DNA of 64,000 bases, from positions 1,056,001-1,120,000 of the forward strand of contig OY970359.1 of assembly GCA_963718665.1 (NCBI GenBank), in the 5' to 3' direction. This DNA comes from an uncultured Phycisphaerales bacterium (GTDB taxonomy: Bacteria; Planctomycetota; Phycisphaerae; Sedimentisphaerales; Anaerobacaceae). A program made the translations under genes and the position numbers. Below the pieces are notes generated by a model. The model made no database searches. It worked only from the letters and a program-made list of their open reading frames with translations, and was not told the DNA's origin. Each line of letters starts with the position of its first letter. The first letter of the stretch is position 1. This document shows positions 58,485-64,000 of this stretch, piece after piece.

Positions 58485-60065
58485 TTAGTGCACGGACACA
58501 GTTTCCGCGTGAGGAGTTGTCTTTTTCATCAAAAACACCAGAGGAATCAGCAGCAGGAACATCCCCCCGAGAACCCAGAAAACGTCTAAATAGGCAAGCA
58601 TTGCGGCCTGCTGCTGGACAAAGCCGTAAATAAGCGTTTTTGCTTTTATTGCCGCAGTGGCAATATCAGTTCCCTGCTGAACGAGCATTGCCTGGATGTT
58701 TGCGAAATAATGCTGATAAGCCGGCGTGGTTTCGGTAACGTGCTCGACTAATCTGCTCTGGTGGAATTGCATTCGCCGGGCAAGCAGTGTTGTGGTAAGA
58801 GATATGCCGAAGCTGCCGCCCAGATTTCTTGCCAAGTTAATCAGTCCTGATGCGTTGTCAGTATCTGCTTTTGCAACATAGTAATAGGCGACGGTATTAA
58901 TTGGTATAAATAAAAACCCAAGTCCAGCGGACATAACGCTTCTTGCCCAGACGGCATTCGAAAAGCTGATTTGAAGATTGAATCCTGCGGACATAAAAAG
59001 ACCGATGGCGCCGAATACCGAACCTATGATAAGAAGCCATTTCGCCTGGATTTTTGTCACCAGTAATCCCACTATCGGCATCGAAATCATTGTGATTATG
59101 CCCCCGGGTGATATCACCAGGCCGCTGTCCAGCGCCGAATATCCCAGCAGATTCTGCAAAAACATCGGCAGTAACGCTGTGCTGCCATATAATATAAACC
59201 CGAGTGTGTACATCATGAAAACGCTGACGGCAAAATTGCTGTCTTTTAGTATGCGAAGTTTTATAACAGGGTCTCTCTGTCGAAGTTCCCAAAAAACGGC
59301 CGATATCAGGCATACCGCGGAGATTACAGAAAGCGTTACGATAAAGTGGGAATCGAACCAGTCCTCGCGTTCACCTTTGTCTAAGAGAATCTGGAGAGCG
59401 CCAAGTCCCACCGCGATAAAGCCTAAGCCGACATAATCTATTTTGAAGTCCTTACCGATTTTTTTACGAACAAGATAAGGCGGGTTATGAACCAGCAGCA
59501 TCCCAAGAAACACGGCCAGTATTCCGACCGGGACATTGATAAAGAACACCCATCGCCAGTTATAATTGTCTGTAATCCATCCGCCCAGTGTCGGCCCGAT
59601 GATTGGGGCGGTTATCACGCAGAACCCGAACATCGCCATTGCCATACCGCGTTTTTCCCTGGGGAAGCTTTCTATCAAAATAGATTGCGCTATTGGCTGA
59701 AGCGCCCCCCCGCCAGCCCCCTGCAAAATTCGGTAAAATACCAGAAGCTCAATATTCGGGGCCAGCCCGCACAAAAATGATGCCGTGGTAAACAGTATCA
59801 CGCAGGCCAGATAAAATTGCTTTCTGCCGAACAGCGACGAAAACCATCCGCCAAGCGGCAAAACAATCGCGTTCGAGACAAGATACGCGGTTAAAACCCA
59901 TGTGCTCTCATCGCTTGAAGTAGAAAGACTGCCCGCGATGTGAGGCAACGCCACGTTGGTTATGGTGGTGTCGAGCACCTCCATAAACGGCGCAATTATC
60001 ACCGCTCCCGCAAGTACCCACGGATGATGCGGCAGCTGCTCTTGATGATTGATATCATTAGACAT
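58485..60065 (-). CDS. DHA2 (EmrB/QacA) MFS permease
   Basis: FMEVLDTTI.NVALPH, GPTLGGWITDN.NWRW.F.IN.P and RNLGGS motifs. Confidence 0.95.
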   Translation of the reverse strand: MSNDINHQEQLPHHPWVLAGAVIIAPFMEVLDTTITNVALPHIAGSLSTSSDESTWVLTAYLVSNAIVLPLGGWFSSLFGRKQFYLACVILFTTASFLCGLAPNIELLVFYRILQGAGGGALQPIAQSILIESFPREKRGMAMAMFGFCVITAPIIGPTLGGWITDNYNWRWVFFINVPVGILAVFLGMLLVHNPPYLVRKKIGKDFKIDYVGLGFIAVGLGALQILLDKGEREDWFDSHFIVTLSVISAVCLISAVFWELRQRDPVIKLRILKDSNFAVSVFMMYTLGFILYGSTALLPMFLQNLLGYSALDSGLVISPGGIITMISMPIVGLLVTKIQAKWLLIIGSVFGAIGLFMSAGFNLQISFSNAVWARSVMSAGLGFLFIPINTVAYYYVAKADTDNASGLINLARNLGGSFGISLTTTLLARRMQFHQSRLVEHVTETTPAYQHYFANIQAMLVQQGTDIATAAIKAKTLIYGFVQQQAAMLAYLDVFWVLGGMFLLLIPLVFLMKKTTPHAETVSVH

Positions 60066-60244
60066 AATTTTTAATTCACATTTTAGATGGCAGTGATTGT
60101 ATCCCAAATAAATTTTCCGGCGTCATATACGGTAATGCGTTTTGTTTCCAATTCTAAAAACGAGCCGGAAATAAAGCCGGTTCCGAAACAACTATGCAAT
60201 CCACAAAATTTGTTGCCGTTTTTCTCATCAGGTTTGTCGCTCCT

Positions 60245-61833
60245 TCAATCCATTGGCACGACGGCCGGTTTTTTGCCATATTGGACGTGTTTGAACAAGA
60301 AAAGCAACGGAATACATCCGAGCGCAAGCCAACCGAGAAGTCTGAAATTGTCCACAAATGCCCACAAATGCGCCTGCCGGTCGAGTGTCTGGTAAATGAG
60401 GCCGTAGGCCTGATTAGCGGCAGTTACCAGATTGGTTCGTCTCGCCAGCGCGTGCTGGAGGACGGATAGGTGCTGCGTGAACACCGGATTGGCCGGCGTC
60501 AAATACCTAACCATCAGCGCCTGGTGCGCCTGCGCCGCGCGCTGATCATGGTGGTAACAAAAGCGATGCCGATGCTGCCGCCTAGGTTGCGCATTAAATT
60601 ATAAAGGCCGGTGGCATTACCCATCTGGGTCTGGGACAAACGTCCCATCGTGGCTACCGTCAGCGGCACAAAAATGAAACTGACGGCAATGCCGTTTATA
60701 ACGCTCGGCCAAATGACGGCGGCCTCGCTCACCTGCAGGTTGATATCGCTGAGCATGAAGGAAGCTATGGCCAACACGGGAAACCCCACGCACATCAGCC
60801 AGCGGTTTTGGATGCGTCCGACCAGTTGTCCGACTAATATCGTAGCGATGAACGCCCCGATGCCGCGCGGGCTTAAGGCGTAACCGCTTTGCAGCGCCGG
60901 ATAACCCATAAGTGTCTGCAGAAACAGCGGCAATTCCACCGTTGTGCCGTAAAGAATTGCAACGACCACTGTGGCCAGCACCAGCCCCACAGTAAAATTG
61001 CGATTTTTCAAAATTCGCAAATTCACCAAAGGATGTTCCACCGTGAATTCCCGTGCGATAAACCCAATCATGGCCGCGACCGAAATGCCCGTAAACCACC
61101 GGACCCAATTCGCGTCGAACCAGTCGGCCTCCTGCCCCTTGTCCAGGACGATTTGCAATGTCGCCAGCCAAAGCACCAGCAACCCGAACCCGATGAAATC
61201 AATGGCCGCCTTTTCATTGCGTTTGATGTAAGGCGGGTCTCTGACAAACCAATTCACCAGGCACATGGCCATGATGCCCATCGGCAGGTTGATGTAAAAA
61301 ACCCATCGCCAGGAATAATTGTCCGTTATCCAGCCGCCCAGTGTCGGACCGATAATGGGCGCTACCACCACACACTGTGTAAAGATGGCCATGGCAATGC
61401 CCCGTTTCTTCATCGGGAAACTTTCCAGCAGCACCGCCTGGGCAATGGGTACCATAACGCCGCCGCCCGCGCCTTGAAACACCCGCGCCAGAATTAGCAT
61501 AGGCAGATTCACCGCCGCGCCGCATACCGCCGACGCCAGCGTGAAAAGAGCCACGCACCAAAGCAACAACCGTTTGCGACCGAAATGATTTCCCAGCCAG
61601 CCGGTCATCGGCAGGATGATGGCATTAGATACCAGATAGCTTGTTAGCACCCAGGTTGCCTCGTCCGTTGTAACCGACAGGTTACCGGCAATGTGCGGCA
61701 ATGCGATATTGACGATGGACGTGTCGAGCACCTGCATAAATGGCGCAAGCATCACCGCACCCGCTAACACCCACGGATTATGCGGCAGCCACTCCTCGTG
61801 TGGATGCGGTATTTTTTCCGTGCTGCCTGTCAT
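60245..61833 (-). CDS. DHA2 (EmrB/QacA) MFS permease, frameshifted near 60540
   Basis: Same motifs; the C-terminal part (AAQAHQALMVRYLTP...QAHLWAFVDNF) continues in ORF 60245-60514. Confidence 0.88.
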
Positions 61834-62792
61834 TTTATCTTAACCACGGGAACAACCGACATTCCGGGTGAAAGCTTTTTCAGGTCATTGGCATTTTCAT
61901 CGAAAACAATTTTTACGGGCACCCTCTGAACAACCTTGATATAATTGCCGGTGGCGTTTTCCGGCGGCAGCAAACTGAATACTGCACCTGTTCCTGCCTG
62001 GATACTGTCAACGTGTCCTTTGAAAGTTTTTCCGGAATAAGCATCGACCTTAATAGTTACCTGCTGGCCCGGCTTCATATGCTTCAATTGTGTTTCCTTG
62101 AAGTTGGCGACCACCCAGATTTCCGGCGGGACAATCGCCAGCAACGGCTGCCCCGTGGTTATATGTTCGCCCTGCTCGACGGATTTTTGGGTAACCAAGC
62201 CCGCCTGAGGAGCAATTATCTTCGTGTATGAAAGATTCAATTCGGCCTGCTCGACCGCGGCTTTCGCTTCGGCGACTCTTGCCTGGGCGGCGACAATCTG
62301 GCTGTTGGCAGATTCGAGTTGTGCCTGTGCAGAACGCGCAGCTGCCGAGGCGTTGTCCAATTGCTGCTGAGTGATTCCGGCTTTGGCGTCAAATAACTGC
62401 TGGTATCTATTGTAATCCTTTTCAGTTCTGCTCGCCTCCACCGATGCCATACTCGCCTGGGCCTGGCTTTGTTTTACTGCCGCTTGTGCCGTCGAGAGAT
62501 TTGCGCTGGCCATATCAAGGTTGACCTGGAAATCATGCGGGTCAAGCTCGACAAGGACGTCCCCCTGCCCAACGGACTGGTTGTCGTTCACAAGTACTTT
62601 ATCAACGTAGCCGGAGACACGCGCGCTTATCGAAACGATGTGCCCGGTTATGAACGCGTCATCGGTTGATTCACGCGACATCGCCCGGACGATATAAATT
62701 CCCGCACATATCAATACAGCTATGCCCGCTATTATCCCGATTGAAGTTATTCGTTCCCAGCCGCCTCTGATTGCTCTTTTGATAATACTCAT
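61830..62792 (-). CDS. EmrA/HlyD family membrane fusion protein
   Basis: STDDAF, WVVANFKETQL and FSLLPPENATGN..KVVQRVPV motifs. Confidence 0.95.
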   Translation of the reverse strand: MSIIKRAIRGGWERITSIGIIAGIAVLICAGIYIVRAMSRESTDDAFITGHIVSISARVSGYVDKVLVNDNQSVGQGDVLVELDPHDFQVNLDMASANLSTAQAAVKQSQAQASMASVEASRTEKDYNRYQQLFDAKAGITQQQLDNASAAARSAQAQLESANSQIVAAQARVAEAKAAVEQAELNLSYTKIIAPQAGLVTQKSVEQGEHITTGQPLLAIVPPEIWVVANFKETQLKHMKPGQQVTIKVDAYSGKTFKGHVDSIQAGTGAVFSLLPPENATGNYIKVVQRVPVKIVFDENANDLKKLSPGMSVVPVVKIK

Positions 62793-64000
62793 TTTTCCTT
62801 TCGCTCCATTTGAACGTTATTTGTGTCCGACGCCGGTTGCGTCATCTTTGAGGGTTCTAAACGCGCAAGTGTGCCCATTGCCCTGTTCAGGTCGAGTTTG
62901 GCGACCAGGTGAGAATAAATCGCCTGGTAATAGTTCGCCTTGGCTGTTGTGAGAGCCGTCTGGGCGTCAACTACCTCAACCTGTGTATTTGTGCCTTCTC
63001 TGTAACCCGCCTCAACCAGCCGCAGCCCTTCTTCCGCGCGGGAAAGATTGAGCTTCTGCGAATCGACGAATTCGGCGGCGTCCTCGATGCTGAGGGTTGC
63101 CTTTGTCAGTTCAAACAACGCCGTTTCCTCGGTATCGACCAGGTCAATCTGCGATTGTTTGAGCCGGGCCTTTTGCGAAATGACGCCGCCCTCGCGCGAA
63201 ACCGTCAAAAAGCGGCAAAGACGCCATAAGCCCGTAATCCCACCCGTTATCCCATTCGTTCAACATCGGGTTATGGGTATTCGGTTTTGTCCAGTAATCC
63301 TTGTAATACGCGCTTACTATCGGGTAATAAGTGCTTTGCGCAATTGTAAGCAGCTCTTTCTGCTGTCTTATATCAAGCTCCCTGCTGAACAGGTCGGGCC
63401 TGTTTCGATACGCGGCCGCGACTGCCTGTTCCATCGTGATGCTAAAAGGAGAGTAAACAAGCTCGTTGCCGAGAACAAATACGCTGTCCTGCGAAACGCC
63501 CATTATTTTGACAAGGTTTGCTTTGGATATATTGATGGCGTTTCGCCGCTGAATAAACTGCGCTGTGAAATTCGACAGCTCAACTTCTGCACGCAAAACG
63601 TCATAACTGGAAGCGACACCAACGGCGTGTTTTTGGTTTACGTCATCCAGGTGCACCTTTGCGGATTTCACTGCATCCTCGCTTATTGCGTAAAGCTGCT
63701 GGTCCAAAAGAACGGTATAATAACCGAGTTGTGCCGCGTAAACCGTTTCCTGGACGGCAATCCTCACGGCCTGGTCGGCCATAAGCACCCCAAGACGCCC
63801 CGCGTTGATTCTGGCGGGAATCGCCCCGCCCGCGAATATCGGCTGAGTAACCGTTAACGCCGCCGAATAATTATCCAGCGTACCAACTGTTATGTTTTGG
63901 CCGCCGAAGGTAAAATATGGTTTCTCGTCAACACGCTCATAACCGCCCGAAATTGCCACCGTCGGCAGTATCGCAGAATACGAACCAAGCTCTCCACCCC
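62789..64000 (-). CDS. TolC family outer-membrane efflux protein (5' end off window; frameshift near 63195)
   Basis: QPIF.GG, G.AS..DVLRAEV and LPLFDG in one frame, then Y..G..T..EV.DAQ..L..A in the next. Confidence 0.88.

Noticed and set aside
1..64000. CRISPR array or cas genes
   Set aside because: No regularly spaced 23-47-nt repeats with unique spacers and no cas-like ORF. The repeats seen are REP-like palindromes and 7-9-mer arrays.

Overview
Bacterial chromosome segment. The gene repertoire (a PEP-CTERM protein, a DUF1559-type prepilin, a dockerin-like tail, an extended PilM operon, TMTC-like TPR glycosyltransferases) points by inference to Planctomycetota, probably Phycisphaerae/Sedimentisphaerales. 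Core genes include purC, leuA-leuC-leuD-leuB, mdh, an RNase HII-like gene, mtaB, pgl, mntP, a pilM operon, the COG3014-YcfL-LpoB-CsgG cluster and a TolC/EmrA/2x DHA2 efflux operon. Glycoside hydrolases include a GH12 and a GH127-GH51 fusion. An AT-rich accessory islet at about 3.3-7.6 kb holds an HNH-AP2 nuclease, an atypical tRNA-like element (Arg-type body, GCT anticodon), a TIGR04255-X-HEPN operon with its own promoter, and an intact IS5-family element. The most notable observations are: (1) three copies of a promoter plus double-hairpin/terminator unit with compensatory base changes, a candidate sRNA family I do not recognise; (2) a cobalamin riboswitch heading a PEP-CTERM / surface protein / prepilin / DUF1638 operon with no BtuB or BtuFCD in the window; (3) the TIGR04255-X-HEPN candidate defence or toxin-antitoxin module; (4) a Leu-rich leader peptide ahead of leuA. 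Four genes carry single frameshifts that may be sequencing errors. All family calls come from motif recognition by eye; no searches were run.
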